A stretch of 32,000 bases of DNA, taken from contig JAPZAR010000027.1 of NCBI GenBank assembly GCA_027460535.1, positions 1 through 32,000 on the forward strand, in the 5' to 3' direction. Below the pieces are notes generated by a model. That model worked only from the letters and a program-made list of their open reading frames with translations. It searched no databases and was not told where the DNA came from. How positions within the stretch are numbered: position 1 is the first letter of the stretch; each line of letters opens with the position of its first letter. Origin of the DNA: Candidatus Methanoperedens sp. GTDB taxonomy: Archaea > Halobacteriota > Methanosarcinia > Methanosarcinales > Methanoperedenaceae. This document shows, one piece after another, positions 1 to 9,959 of this stretch. Position numbers and translations under genes: made by a program.

Positions 1-264
1 GGTAACTCAGCAAATAGTGGTGGTGGAGGTAACTCAGCAAATAGTGGTGGTGGAGGTAACTCAGCAAATAGTGGTGGTGGAGGTAACTCAGCAAATAGTG
101 GAGATGGAGGTAATTCAGCAAATAGTGGAGGTGGAGGTAACTCAGCAAATAGTGGAGGTGGAGGTAACTCAGCAAATAGTGGAGGTGGAGGTAACTCAGC
201 AAATAGTGGAGGAGGAAGCGCCGGGAATAGCGGAGGAGGAAATTCCGGGAATGGTGGAGGGGGG
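1..264 (+). repeat. 27-bp tandem repeat: 8 near-identical units (1-216), then two degenerate 24-bp units
   Basis: The unit is ggtaactcagcaaatagtggtggtgga. Units 1-3 are identical and units 6-7 are identical. The array runs off the 5' window edge. Confidence 0.95.
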
Positions 265-282
265 AATTCAGGGAACAAGTAA
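1..282 (+). CDS. 3' end (partial) of a Gly/Asn/Ser-rich repeat protein, (GNSANSGGG)n
   Basis: Frame 1 is open from the window edge to TAA at 280-282. Three of the 4 distinct inter-unit substitution types are synonymous in frame 1. All 4 are non-synonymous in the frame-2 track ORF 17..295. Confidence 0.45.
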   Translation, partial: GNSANSGGGGNSANSGGGGNSANSGGGGNSANSGDGGNSANSGGGGNSANSGGGGNSANSGGGGNSANSGGGSAGNSGGGNSGNGGGGNSGNK

Positions 283-439
283 AATCGTGAAATGAACAAA
301 ACCAAAAAATTGAGGATCATGAAGAAGAAGGATTTGGGTCAAAAGCGAGAAAGTAAAAGAACAGTATGAAAAAAGTAAAGGGGGCCCGGCAGCAATCAAG
401 CAGTAAATCTTATTACTTATCTCGCCGAGTTCAGTGTAA

Positions 440-1444
440 ATGAGAATAGTAGCTTTGCTGTTTATTTCTCTACTACTTTTGGTGCACGTAGCCAGTGCTG
501 AAACTGTCATCACAATTGAAGTGCTCGAGAATGGGACGGCGATGTGGACTACCGAAAAGCGTTTGCCTCTCACCAACCAGACAGAAATAGGAGACTGGGA
601 AGAATTCGTTAGCATGGGGGAGAACACTGATCAGGATGGGAAGGATATTGCAGATTTCAGAGACCGCATAGATTGGTTCATAAGTTCAGCTGAAAAATTC
701 TCAAACCGCTCAATGGAAGCTAAAAATTTTAATATTTCCTATGGTACGACAAAAACTCTGGCAGGAGTTTTCAGCATTATCAGTTACACCTTTGAATGGA
801 AGAATTTTTCGCGCGTGGATTCATCAAATATTTTCATAGGGGATGCATTTTCAGAAGGCATGGTGCTTTCCCAGGACAATGTTCTTATCATTAAAATACC
901 TGAAAATTATGAGGTAGAGACAGTTTCTCCGGCTTTCGATCTGCGCGATGGGAACAGGTTGATATGGGATGGTAGAATGTTCAGGAGCTTCGGTAGAGGA
1001 GAACCTTCCATCACACTCTCCAAAAAAGGCCGATTCACATGGTACATAATAGGAATTGTCATGTTCAGTCTGGCCTCAGGAACCTCCTTGATACTTTGGA
1101 AAAAAAGGCAGACAAGGGATTTTGGAGATAAGATTCACGATCCCACTCCACCTGAAATCAATGCACTCACCACTGGAGCCTCTCAGATAGCAGGCACTGA
1201 GATACAGCCGTCACACCAGGAGGATTTAACACTTGTTCTTTCAGAGATTGATCTTGGGGATGAAGAAATGATAGAGAACCTCCTTCACAAATCGGGCGGA
1301 CAGGCCTATCAGTCAGATATCGTCAAAGAGAGTGGATTCTCAAAATCCAAGATAAGTATAGTTCTTGCCAAGATGAAGGAAGATGGAAGGATAATTAAAA
1401 TAAAGAAAGGCAAAGAGAACATAATAAGGCTGATTAAAAAATAA
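440..1444 (+). CDS. Membrane-anchored winged-helix regulator with an extracytoplasmic N-terminal domain
   Basis: It has an N-terminal signal/TM segment (MRIVALLFISLLLLVHVASA), a central TM (WYIIGIVMFSLASGTSLILW) and a C-terminal wHTH-like segment (QSDIVKESGFSKSKISIVLAKMKEDGRIIK). This architecture is typical of archaeal COG2512-type proteins. Confidence 0.65.
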   Translation: MRIVALLFISLLLLVHVASAETVITIEVLENGTAMWTTEKRLPLTNQTEIGDWEEFVSMGENTDQDGKDIADFRDRIDWFISSAEKFSNRSMEAKNFNISYGTTKTLAGVFSIISYTFEWKNFSRVDSSNIFIGDAFSEGMVLSQDNVLIIKIPENYEVETVSPAFDLRDGNRLIWDGRMFRSFGRGEPSITLSKKGRFTWYIIGIVMFSLASGTSLILWKKRQTRDFGDKIHDPTPPEINALTTGASQIAGTEIQPSHQEDLTLVLSEIDLGDEEMIENLLHKSGGQAYQSDIVKESGFSKSKISIVLAKMKEDGRIIKIKKGKENIIRLIKK

Positions 1445-1452
1445 GTGCTTAC

Positions 1453-2868
1453 TCAGAAGTCAAACAAGGAACTCTGGGGTTTGACATCCTTTTTTGATTT
1501 GATTTCAGGTTCTTCTTCAACTTCAATTTCTTCTACCATTTCCCCCCTTAAGCCAAACCCACCAAATACTTCTATTTCATGCTCGGTCTCTCTTTCGATC
1601 AGAGCCCGGGACTCTTCATATATTTTCTGCACCTTTTTGGTGATTGTTTTTGATTCCAGCAGGAATGCAATTTCCTCGGTCTCAAGGCCTAGCAAAGCCG
1701 CGATCTTCGGGGCGTATTTTTCGTCGTTCATCATCATTCTGAAAAACGGCAACAGCTGGGAACGGGTAAAACCCTTTGACACATGGCAGTGCGTTCCTAT
1801 CTTTTTGGCCGTCGAATCGCGTATATTTCTCATCCCCTTTGTCGAACCGAGCTTCCTCCAGAGGGAAGGGGGTTGGAATTTTGCAAATCCGGTATAGCGG
1901 GCTGAACGCGCAACCACGATCCCCGAGGTCATCATAACGCCTGCATACCTCCACATGTTGTAGTTCTGCCTTCTCCTCACCCGGCCCAGAAAGAGGGATG
2001 CCCTGGAGAGACAGCGATACCCTTCTTCGAGGTCTTCCGGCTTTGTATATTCAAGTGGAAGATTCTCATCCACCCACTGTATCAGATCCTCCGGGTTCTC
2101 ATCCAGATTAAACGTGGATTTATGTGCCACGATTATATCACTCCCTTTAAAGATCTTCGCCAATACCTTGAATATGTTCTCCCTGGTATCCCTTTCTCCT
2201 GTGGCAATGTCCCCGGGTTCGATACTGGATCTGCCCTGCGCAATAGCCTGCAGGTCATTTATAGCGCTTCGAAGATCTCCGTTTGCATTCTCCGCGATCT
2301 CCTCGAGCACACCCAGACCGCACATAACGCCTTCCGCTTCGGCGATTTTCTTCAATACAGGTATCATGGAACGCGAAATTACTGAATTGAACTGGACAGG
2401 TTTGCAGGCGTTACGCAGACCTGCTGACATATCATAGAGCTCATTTGCGATAAGAATGATGGGCTGGCTTGTTTTCTTTATCAGTTCCACTATAGCCTTC
2501 TCTCCTCCGCGGTCTGCCGTGCCGTGGATGTTATCGGCTTCATCCATTATCACGAGCCTTTTCACGCCGCTTCCATCCAGCGTTCCCATCTGTGAGGCCG
2601 AGCCAGCCACTTTCTCGATTATCTCCGCAGTGCGCTGGTCGCTTGCATTTAATTCGATCGCCTCCCATCCCATCTCGCGGGCAAGTGCATGCGCTGTAGT
2701 GGTCTTGCCTATCCCTGCCCTTCCGTACAGGACGATTGCCCTTTCTTTTGGAATCCCATGCCTCCAGGTTTGCGCCCAGCGCCTGAGTTCCTCCACCGCC
2801 TTATTATGGCCCACGACCCCGGAAAGCATTTGCGGGCGGTATTTTTCTGTCCAATCGAGTGATGTCAT
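1453..2868 (-). CDS. rfcL: Replication factor C large subunit
   Basis: It starts WTEKYRP and carries Walker A GRAGIGKTT and a DEAD-type box VIMDEADN. The C-terminus has a PIP-box-like QSSLFDF. Confidence 0.93.
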   Translation of the reverse strand: MTSLDWTEKYRPQMLSGVVGHNKAVEELRRWAQTWRHGIPKERAIVLYGRAGIGKTTTAHALAREMGWEAIELNASDQRTAEIIEKVAGSASQMGTLDGSGVKRLVIMDEADNIHGTADRGGEKAIVELIKKTSQPIILIANELYDMSAGLRNACKPVQFNSVISRSMIPVLKKIAEAEGVMCGLGVLEEIAENANGDLRSAINDLQAIAQGRSSIEPGDIATGERDTRENIFKVLAKIFKGSDIIVAHKSTFNLDENPEDLIQWVDENLPLEYTKPEDLEEGYRCLSRASLFLGRVRRRQNYNMWRYAGVMMTSGIVVARSARYTGFAKFQPPSLWRKLGSTKGMRNIRDSTAKKIGTHCHVSKGFTRSQLLPFFRMMMNDEKYAPKIAALLGLETEEIAFLLESKTITKKVQKIYEESRALIERETEHEIEVFGGFGLRGEMVEEIEVEEEPEIKSKKDVKPQSSLFDF

Positions 2869-2923
2869 TATTAGGTGGTTTTACAAACTGTATCGCTTAA
2901 ATAGATATCTTTTCATTAAACAC

Positions 2924-4018
2924 ATGATGAGAATAAACGCTATCCAGCTTTTCATCAATTCAGCTGTGATGATGTCAAATCTTTTCATCCCCGTGCTTGC
3001 GCAAGATCTCGGCGCAACGGACACCGAGATAGGTATCATAGGCGCTGTCTATGGGGCATCGCTTTTTATTTCGACGTATATATTCAGCAGGGTTACTGAT
3101 GCATATTCTCCGAAAACATTGCTGTACGCAGGTTTTCTGAGCGCAACTGTATCTTTTTTTCTTCAGATATTCGCAACATCCCCTTTAACTCTTGGAGTGA
3201 TAAGAGCGCTTGTGGGGTTCAGCATCGGAATATATCCCGCAGTGCTGATGCTTTACGTTTACAATCTGAAGCGGAGCATAGCAAAGTTCAGTTCCTTCAT
3301 GCCCCTGGGATGGGCAGCCGGGAACATGCTGGCAGGATTTATCGCAATTTACTGGACCCTAAGGGGGATTTTTGTTGTTTCATCATTATTTTTTGCGCTG
3401 GCGTTCTTGATCACATTGACCTTGCCGCCAGGGGAAATCCGTACAAAAAAGAAAGCGGATTATTTTTCCTCGGAAATTCTGAAAAAGAACTGGAATGTCT
3501 ATTTTGGATTTTTCCTTCGCCAGATCGGGGCTAACAATGTCTGGATAATTTTCCCCCTGTATCTTGCAAGCCTCGGAGCAAATGAATTAGAGGTGGGATT
3601 AATTTACACATTGAACCCCGCCCTGCAATTTTTCATAATGAGGAGACTTGACAGGATAAACACTTCAACACTTATTCATGCAGGGGACCTGTTCTCCGCT
3701 GCCGCGTTTATAGCCCTGATACCGCTGACTGTATATTACCAGGCAGTGACGGGAATGATACTGATCGCACTCTCCTATTCTTTCCTGTATGTGGGCTCAA
3801 TACGAATGCTGATTGAAACAAATGAAGAGAAGGGGGCGGCCACGGGGTTGCTCAATTCCTCTATCGCTTTTGCAACAATAATAGGCTCCCTTATTGGAGG
3901 TGTGATCCTTGAATATTACAATTTCAGGGCTGTAATGGCAATGGGCGCAATTTTTGCCGTCCTGGGTTTCGTCATCGTGCGTTTCAATAGTTCAGGCAGA
4001 CATCAAAGAAATTCTTGA
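2924..4018 (+). CDS. MFS-type transporter
   Basis: The protein is multi-TM and hydrophobic. The track ORF 2456..4018 was trimmed to ATG 2924 because its upstream part is antisense to rfcL. Confidence 0.7.
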   Translation: MMRINAIQLFINSAVMMSNLFIPVLAQDLGATDTEIGIIGAVYGASLFISTYIFSRVTDAYSPKTLLYAGFLSATVSFFLQIFATSPLTLGVIRALVGFSIGIYPAVLMLYVYNLKRSIAKFSSFMPLGWAAGNMLAGFIAIYWTLRGIFVVSSLFFALAFLITLTLPPGEIRTKKKADYFSSEILKKNWNVYFGFFLRQIGANNVWIIFPLYLASLGANELEVGLIYTLNPALQFFIMRRLDRINTSTLIHAGDLFSAAAFIALIPLTVYYQAVTGMILIALSYSFLYVGSIRMLIETNEEKGAATGLLNSSIAFATIIGSLIGGVILEYYNFRAVMAMGAIFAVLGFVIVRFNSSGRHQRNS

Positions 4019-4547
4019 AAAGGTCGTTCCCGCGTTCCGTATGCGAGACTTCCGGATGCCACTGCACGCCATACAGAGGCTTTGTCTTGTGTTTCATGGC
4101 CTCAGTCTCGCAGATACGCGAACGCGCAAGCCTGGTGAAATCAGGCGGCAGAGAAGATACCTCGTCTGCGTGCGATGCCCATACATTCGTCCTGGGGCCG
4201 ATACGTTTTAGAATATCATCCTCATCGAGAATCTCTATCTCTACGGATGCATAGCCTCCTGCAGTGCCTTTTCTCACCGCTCCGCCAAAAGATAGCGCCA
4301 TCACCTGATGGCCAAGGCAAATACCAAGGATTGGAAGGTCAAGTTCCTTTACGTAACTGGCGCAATTACCTGCGCGCTCAAGCGTGGGTCCGCCGCTGAG
4401 TATAACACCGTCAGGTCCTTTCGAAAGGATTTCTTCCACAGTCGATGTGTTCTTCATCAGTTCCACCTCCTGGTCAAGATCCCGCACGGCGCGGTGTATC
4501 AGGTGGCAGAACTGGCCGTAGTTATTGATGACGATGATCTTTACCAT
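3984..4547 (-). CDS. guaA: GMP synthase (glutamine-hydrolysing) subunit A, class I glutamine amidotransferase
   Basis: It has the GATase triad context ILGICLGHQ and WHPE. At 187 aa it is a stand-alone subunit, as in archaea. Confidence 0.9.
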   Translation of the reverse strand: MVKIIVINNYGQFCHLIHRAVRDLDQEVELMKNTSTVEEILSKGPDGVILSGGPTLERAGNCASYVKELDLPILGICLGHQVMALSFGGAVRKGTAGGYASVEIEILDEDDILKRIGPRTNVWASHADEVSSLPPDFTRLARSRICETEAMKHKTKPLYGVQWHPEVSHTERGNDLFKNFFDVCLNY

Positions 4548-4603
4548 TCTGTTGTGAGATTGTTGTTTGGTTTTAAATATTATTCTATAGTTTGTTTGCC
4601 GAA

Positions 4604-5173
4604 TTAAGATTTATTTACAAGTTGTTGAGTCAAAAACCAGTATTCAAAGAGTTCTTTTTCTTTTTCGCCATAATTTTCGAATTTGTTCGATATCATATTC
4701 CAGAAATGATCGTTATGTTTTCTTTCAATCAAGTGGACCATTTCGTGAAAAATCACATATTCCATTAAATCATCTGGCAAGTACTTCAAAAGAGTATTGA
4801 TTGTAAGATTTTTCTTAGAACTGCAGCTTCCCCATTTTGATTTCATTTTCCTGAAATAAATGTTGCTAATGGTGATTTTTAATTCCTTTGAAATCTTTTC
4901 AACAAAAAAGTGTATTGACTGCTTGAATTCTTCATCTGTTCTTCTCAGTTCAAGTCTTTTTTTCCGTGCTTCCTCTAATGCCGCTGCTATCTCACTATTT
5001 CGTTTGTATATCCATTTTTTATGTTTTTCTATGATATCACTTTGATTTTCACAGTTCTTCGGCAAGACCAGAACCAGTTCGCCAGTTTTAAATTCCAGCC
5101 TTGGGTATCTTATGTTCCGATAAACTACTTCGTAGCTTAAAGTCGAATCACTGATTCTAATTTGGTTTACCAT
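4604..5173 (-). CDS. DUF45/YgjP-like (M48-type) zinc metallopeptidase
   Basis: It carries an HExxH motif (FHEMVHL). Its start overlaps the hsdR 3' end by 17 nt. Confidence 0.8.
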   Translation of the reverse strand: MVNQIRISDSTLSYEVVYRNIRYPRLEFKTGELVLVLPKNCENQSDIIEKHKKWIYKRNSEIAAALEEARKKRLELRRTDEEFKQSIHFFVEKISKELKITISNIYFRKMKSKWGSCSSKKNLTINTLLKYLPDDLMEYVIFHEMVHLIERKHNDHFWNMISNKFENYGEKEKELFEYWFLTQQLVNKS

Positions 5174-8100
5174 AGTTCTCTATATTTTCCATTAGATTTT
5201 GATATAGACTATCAAGCTCGTCAAGCTTCAATCCATATCTTTTAACATATCTGCGTACAAAACGGCGGACTTCTCTTTCAACAGTTTTTCTTGCTGTTTG
5301 CTGTACTGCCCAGTTGTTAAAGATATGATTTCGTAATCTTTCTGATAGCTCTCTTACATCTCTTGTAAATTCGCTACCCTCTCCGAAATTCTTCTCTAAA
5401 TTCAGAAGCAAAGCATATTCCATGTCTGAGAAACCTAATTCCTTTTGTCTTTGGGAGAGTTTCTCAATCTTGTTAAATACTTCCATCCCTTCAGTGTAAA
5501 TTCTTTCAAAATCCTTGGTTTTTTCTTTCCAGAGATTTAAAATCCTTTCCACTTTATCGGTCAGGGATTCATAAACCGGATTTTTATGCTTTTCAACTAA
5601 AACAAGCCTGTTCAATGTAAATACGATGCTTGCGGCTTTTTCTTCTTTGCTTTTTACTTTTTCTTCCAGATCCTTAAGATAATTTTCATCAAAACTTATT
5701 ACAGGCAGATCCTTTCGCAAATTTTCAAGTTCAGTTGTCCTGTGAACGTACTTTAAGGTCTTTTCAAAATATTTCTGGACATACATTTCATGCCCAAGCT
5801 GACTCTGCAAAACAGTATTCATATAAAATGTGTAAATACTAGAGATCCATTTATAGTCAGAGAATCGTTCAACTTTGATTTCAGCAGGTCCTAAAAGCTC
5901 AAAAATCTTCCTGAGTTCTCTGTAATCTTCCAGGAATCTCTTGCTATTCTCTTCATCTGTTGTGAGAACTTCAATGGCTCTGAGCATGGTAAGCCTGTCA
6001 TAGCTTTCTTTAGGAATGTGAGAAAATAGCGCAAGTAAGCCATCAAGCAGCATATTGAAGTCCTCCCTCAGACTTCCCATCCCGGAGAGTGCACCTTTTA
6101 TTTCCTCTTCGCTGTATATCTCAAAAGCTCGCTTGAATTCTTTTAATATCCCTATATAGTCTAATATTACCCCGGCTTCTTTTATTCCTTTGTAAGGCCT
6201 GTTTGTCCTTGCTATTGCCTGGAGTAGACGATGTTCCTTTAACGGTTTGTCAAGGTACATGGTCTGAAGAATGGGCGCATCAAAACCTGTCAATAACATA
6301 TCTGTGACTATCAGAATCTTTGGATACTCTTCTTCTTTGAATTTATCTATTACTTCCTTTCGTATCTCGTCAATCTCTTTCTCGCCGTATCTGGCTCTTG
6401 ATTCTGTGCTGGTGTGCTGGACGATTTCGGTGTCTTTTTTAGTGTAGGTCATGACGACTTCTGAGTATTCTTTCGGCAGCCACTTATCCAGATATAATTT
6501 ATAGTAGGCGCAAGCTTTCCGGCTAGCTGCAACAACCATGGCTTTGAATGTTCCATCAACATTTTCTTTAAAGTGCTCTGCGATATCCTTAGCAATGAGT
6601 TCAATCCTTTTGGGATTTTCGAGGAACATGTTTATTGCATTGAGCCGCTTCTTTACTCCCTCTTCCACCTTGTCCCTTATATCATCAGAAAGTTCCTCAA
6701 ATTCCACCTCAAGGAAGGTCTCAAGCATATCTTTTTTCAGGTGAACTTCCTTTTCCAGCCTCGGCTGGTAGACAAGTTTTACCGTGAAACCATCCTGAAT
6801 AGAGTCTGTAATGAAATACCTGTCAAGATATTTTTCTTCAGGGGGATAGCTGAATTCCAGATAGGTATCCTTTCCTCTCTTTGAGATTGGGGTTCCTGTC
6901 AGGGAAAAGAAGAAGGCATTTTTCAGGATTTTTTTCATCTGGCCAGCCATGGTTCCATACTGGCTCCTGTGCCCTTCATCGATGAACGCAACCACATTCT
7001 TTCTGGTCAGAATTGTTTCTTTTTGCTTTGAGAGTTCTTCCAGTTCTTTCTGCAATTCGCCAAGTTCTTCAACCCTGAACTTGTGTATCAGAGTAATCAT
7101 TATACCCCGCTTGCCCTTTCCCTCATCATGTTTGAGAACCTTTCTCAATTCATCGATGGAACCGATAATCTCAGGCTTTACTATATCAAGCGAGTTAAAT
7201 TCCGTGTAGAGTTGCTCTTCCAGCTCGATCCTGTCCACAATGAAGAAAATAGAGGGGTTTTCAAGGCTCTTTAGATGATAGAGCTTATGGGCTGCAAAGA
7301 TCATGGTGAGCGTCTTGCCCGACCCCTGCCAGTGCCATATCAGCCCTTTATTCTTTTCGTCCTCTCCTTTCAGGTTGGCTGATACCCTCTCCACTATTTT
7401 TCTGGCTGCCCTGTACTGCATGTACCTTGCGATGACTTTCGTGGCATTTCCCATCTCCACCCTGAAGAACATGAAATTGCGGATGATATCCAGCAATATG
7501 TCCTTTGAGAGCATTTCAATAGCAGAATCGATGGAGTCTTTCCCTTCTTCTTTCCACTGATTGACTTTGATCTCATCCTGCCATGGGACAATAGGGAAAT
7601 ACATGGCGGTTTGCTCTGAAGCTATGCCTATCTGGACATATTTGTAAAGCTCCGGAACTATTTTTTCATAGTCCTTTATCTGTCTGTATGCATCGAACCA
7701 GTTTTCAGAGAAGCTTGCAGGATTCTTGCATTCGAACTCCACAAGAGGAATACCATTGACATAAAGCATTATGTCGGTTCGTATATCATCCCTCCCATGA
7801 TAGATAACCTGCCTGCTCACGATGAACTCGTTATTGTCCAGTTCCTCAAAATCAAAAAGCCTGACATACTTAACAATCCGCTCTTTTTCAAATTTTATTG
7901 GTACGCCGAACTTGAGATAGTTGAGAATTTGCTTTAATCCCTCATTCCCGGAGCCTTTGAGTTTGAGTTCGTTCAGGACGTGTTTTAATTCCTCGTCCCC
8001 GATTCCTTTTTCTGAATTCAGCCTCTTTATTGCCCTGACAAGATTATTGAGCAGCAGAGGTTCGCTGAAGCTTTCCCGCTCAAGCTCATTTGCGGGCACG

Positions 8101-8174
8101 AAGCGCCAGCCTTTTTCAATGAGTTTTTCAATGATGTAATCCTCGACAAGGGATTTTTCAGAGAACTTTGGCAT
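5157..8174 (-). CDS. hsdR: Type I restriction enzyme R subunit
   Basis: Helicase motifs are present: motif I QGSGKTLT, motif II FIDEGHRS and motif VI QAIARTNRP. The start is trimmed to MPKFSEKSLVEDYIIEKL (ATG 8174), which removes the overlap with the upstream gene. Confidence 0.93.
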   Translation of the reverse strand: MPKFSEKSLVEDYIIEKLIEKGWRFVPANELERESFSEPLLLNNLVRAIKRLNSEKGIGDEELKHVLNELKLKGSGNEGLKQILNYLKFGVPIKFEKERIVKYVRLFDFEELDNNEFIVSRQVIYHGRDDIRTDIMLYVNGIPLVEFECKNPASFSENWFDAYRQIKDYEKIVPELYKYVQIGIASEQTAMYFPIVPWQDEIKVNQWKEEGKDSIDSAIEMLSKDILLDIIRNFMFFRVEMGNATKVIARYMQYRAARKIVERVSANLKGEDEKNKGLIWHWQGSGKTLTMIFAAHKLYHLKSLENPSIFFIVDRIELEEQLYTEFNSLDIVKPEIIGSIDELRKVLKHDEGKGKRGIMITLIHKFRVEELGELQKELEELSKQKETILTRKNVVAFIDEGHRSQYGTMAGQMKKILKNAFFFSLTGTPISKRGKDTYLEFSYPPEEKYLDRYFITDSIQDGFTVKLVYQPRLEKEVHLKKDMLETFLEVEFEELSDDIRDKVEEGVKKRLNAINMFLENPKRIELIAKDIAEHFKENVDGTFKAMVVAASRKACAYYKLYLDKWLPKEYSEVVMTYTKKDTEIVQHTSTESRARYGEKEIDEIRKEVIDKFKEEEYPKILIVTDMLLTGFDAPILQTMYLDKPLKEHRLLQAIARTNRPYKGIKEAGVILDYIGILKEFKRAFEIYSEEEIKGALSGMGSLREDFNMLLDGLLALFSHIPKESYDRLTMLRAIEVLTTDEENSKRFLEDYRELRKIFELLGPAEIKVERFSDYKWISSIYTFYMNTVLQSQLGHEMYVQKYFEKTLKYVHRTTELENLRKDLPVISFDENYLKDLEEKVKSKEEKAASIVFTLNRLVLVEKHKNPVYESLTDKVERILNLWKEKTKDFERIYTEGMEVFNKIEKLSQRQKELGFSDMEYALLLNLEKNFGEGSEFTRDVRELSERLRNHIFNNWAVQQTARKTVEREVRRFVRRYVKRYGLKLDELDSLYQNLMENIENYGKPN

Positions 8175-8179
8175 GGGTC

Positions 8180-9139
8180 TTATGACTTCTCCTTGCCCAT
8201 GCAGCATTTTTTGTATTTTTTCCCCGAACCACAGGGACATGGTTCATTTCTTCCGATCTTTTCTCTTTTAATTGTTTCATCATCCATTTCAGATTCAGGG
8301 TCATCCTCTCCGAGCCATGCGAAGTCCTCCTCTTCGGATTTTGAGCTGTGATCATCCAAACTTTCAATGCTCTCCCTGGAAAAATGGTCTAAAGGATCAC
8401 GCGTATTTCTCTTGATATCGTCACCGTCATCTGAACGCTTGATCCTCGATTCCACATCTTCTTCTTTCATGAAGATTTCCATGATCCTGCCCTCTTCAAA
8501 AGCCCTGTGTATTTCTGGCATAACGGACATATCGTGGAACCGAGCAAGGTCTTGAATTATCAGACTTGCGAATGTAATATCATTGGTTGTATTTAGCAAT
8601 TCTATAAGGTGTTTCACGACTCCATTTTTATAAGAAGGCTTGTTTCTCGACAGTATAACAAGAGCAGTCGTGGCTGTCCCTCGTGCAAAAGATTCCAGAG
8701 TTTCGTCTCTTGTGAATTCTTTGAGGGGCTCTATAGCCTCCTCACCGAAGGCAACAAGCAAGCTTGTGACATTTTCTGTCAGCCAATCATATAATTCAAA
8801 GTTCCTAAATCTGATAGTGTCCAGCAAGAGCGATAGTGCATTTTTACTTTTTATCAGGGCAAGTATGTGAATTGCATGGATCGGAGTCCAGCGATTTCCT
8901 GGAGCTATTTGGCTCCAGTATTGTCCATCCTGTATCAGCTTCCTAATATGAAAAACCGCATCCTCCCTTCCTGCGATCTCCTGTGCAAATTTTTTATTAA
9001 CATAAAGCCCCAGAGCAGTTAATCCCTCTATCAATTCTCCGGTTGAGATTTCATGCATATCTTTCATCATTAAATCCCAATCCATCCTGGTGTGGCTATT
9101 TATCAGATCCGCGAGATCTTCATCTTTTTCTATTGCCAT
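8180..9139 (-). CDS. SEC-C motif protein with helical-repeat (DUF1186-like) body and acidic linker
   Basis: The C-terminus carries [13 protein letters not shown]. The likely start is ATG at 9139 (MAIEKDEDL), because the track start at 9145 is TTG. The gene ends 5 nt before the hsdR start. Confidence 0.75.
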   Translation of the reverse strand: MAIEKDEDLADLINSHTRMDWDLMMKDMHEISTGELIEGLTALGLYVNKKFAQEIAGREDAVFHIRKLIQDGQYWSQIAPGNRWTPIHAIHILALIKSKNALSLLLDTIRFRNFELYDWLTENVTSLLVAFGEEAIEPLKEFTRDETLESFARGTATTALVILSRNKPSYKNGVVKHLIELLNTTNDITFASLIIQDLARFHDMSVMPEIHRAFEEGRIMEIFMKEEDVESRIKRSDDGDDIKRNTRDPLDHFSRESIESLDDHSSKSEEEDFAWLGEDDPESEMDDETIKREKIGRNEPCPCGSGKKYKKCCMGKEKS

Positions 9140-9141
9140 TT

Positions 9142-9276
9142 TCAATCCTTTTTTCCACGCATCCAGTTCACTATTTCAACCGCATCATCCATTTCTTTAA
9201 ATACCGGATGCTTGCACCATTCACCTCTTGTCTCTCGCATAATATTCTCCCATTCATTCACATTTTTCTCAAGCAT
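9142..9276 (-). CDS. Small 44-aa ORF ([44 protein letters not shown])
   Basis: It is too short for the ORF track. Its ATG overlaps the MNT stop (ATGCTTGA) and its stop lies 2 nt before the SEC-C protein ATG. No recognisable domain. Confidence 0.35.
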   Translation of the reverse strand: MLEKNVNEWENIMRETRGEWCKHPVFKEMDDAVEIVNWMRGKKD

Positions 9277-9562
9277 AGACAGCCTCCTCAATTATGTGAG
9301 GTTTTGTCAGAGGCTTTAACGCATCAGGAGTTACCAGATCAACCTTCGCCCCAAGCTTTTCGGTCAAGTAATCCTCAAGTTCTATGAACTTAAAGAAACT
9401 CACTGGCGCCTCAAACTGAACAAGCATGTCGATGTCGCTTGTTTTTGTTTGCTCTCCCCTCACGTAAGAGCCGAATATGCCTATGCTTTTTACTTTGAAT
9501 TTTTCCTTGAGGTTGGGGAGTTCTTTTTTCAGGACTTTCAGGATCTCATTTTTGCTTTTCAT
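9269..9562 (-). CDS. Minimal nucleotidyltransferase (MNT/MntA-like antitoxin family)
   Basis: It has the pol-beta NTase signature GIFGSYVRGEQTKTSDIDMLV at about 97 aa. Confidence 0.85.
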   Translation of the reverse strand: MKSKNEILKVLKKELPNLKEKFKVKSIGIFGSYVRGEQTKTSDIDMLVQFEAPVSFFKFIELEDYLTEKLGAKVDLVTPDALKPLTKPHIIEEAVYA

Positions 9563-9632
9563 TGTTTCACGCTTTTTGTATTTATGATTTTGATTATCTG
9601 GCGCTGTCCTTCAGAGTCTATAAGACCAGATA

Positions 9633-9959
9633 TCAAACTACCTCAATCATGAACTCCTTCTTAACCTCTTTAACCATTAGAAAATGTTTATCCTTCGTAA
9701 CAAGCTTCAATTTATTGTTCAATGCAACAGACGCGATCACCGAATCCACGGCTGGAATCGGTTTGCCGATTTTTAAAAGCTCTGTTGAAATTATTAAAGC
9801 AAGATGGTAGTCAGATTTTGACGGGAAAAGAACTCGAAGTTTGAGTTCCATTGCTTTTGGAAACTCTATAATGTTCAAAATGGTCGTATAGCCTTCGATT
9901 GTTTCCTTTTTCCTGTACGCATCGATTAATGTATTTGTGTCGTATAGACTCTCTTCCAC
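9633..9959 (-). CDS. vapC: PIN-domain ribonuclease toxin
   Basis: The four conserved acidic positions are present: YDTN, IIEF, AVDS and TKDKHF. Confidence 0.8.
   Translation of the reverse strand: MEESLYDTNTLIDAYRKKETIEGYTTILNIIEFPKAMELKLRVLFPSKSDYHLALIISTELLKIGKPIPAVDSVIASVALNNKLKLVTKDKHFLMVKEVKKEFMIEVV

Noticed and set aside
1-264. Possible CRISPR array, because of its regular direct repeats
   Set aside because: The units are contiguous with no spacers, and the 27-nt period keeps reading frames open. This is a coding tandem repeat. No cas genes are present in the window.
17-295. Track ORF reading the tandem repeat as (VVEVTQQI)n
   Set aside because: Every inter-unit substitution is non-synonymous in this frame, while most are synonymous in frame 1. 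The ORF also opens with GTG inside the repeat. Frame 1 (1..282) is preferred.
1445-2437. Plus-strand ORFs 1445..1897, 2114..2437 and 2122..2385, and minus-strand ORF 1682..1954
   Set aside because: They lie entirely inside or antisense to the well-supported rfcL gene and give low-complexity translations. They are shadow ORFs.
2456-2923. N-terminal 156 codons of track ORF 2456..4018
   Set aside because: This part is antisense to rfcL and is not membrane-protein-like. The MFS transporter begins at ATG 2924, after the rfcL start.
8175-8240. Extended hsdR start overlapping the SEC-C gene by 61 nt
   Set aside because: The internal Met (MPKFSEKSLVEDYIIEKL) matches typical HsdR N-termini and removes the overlap.
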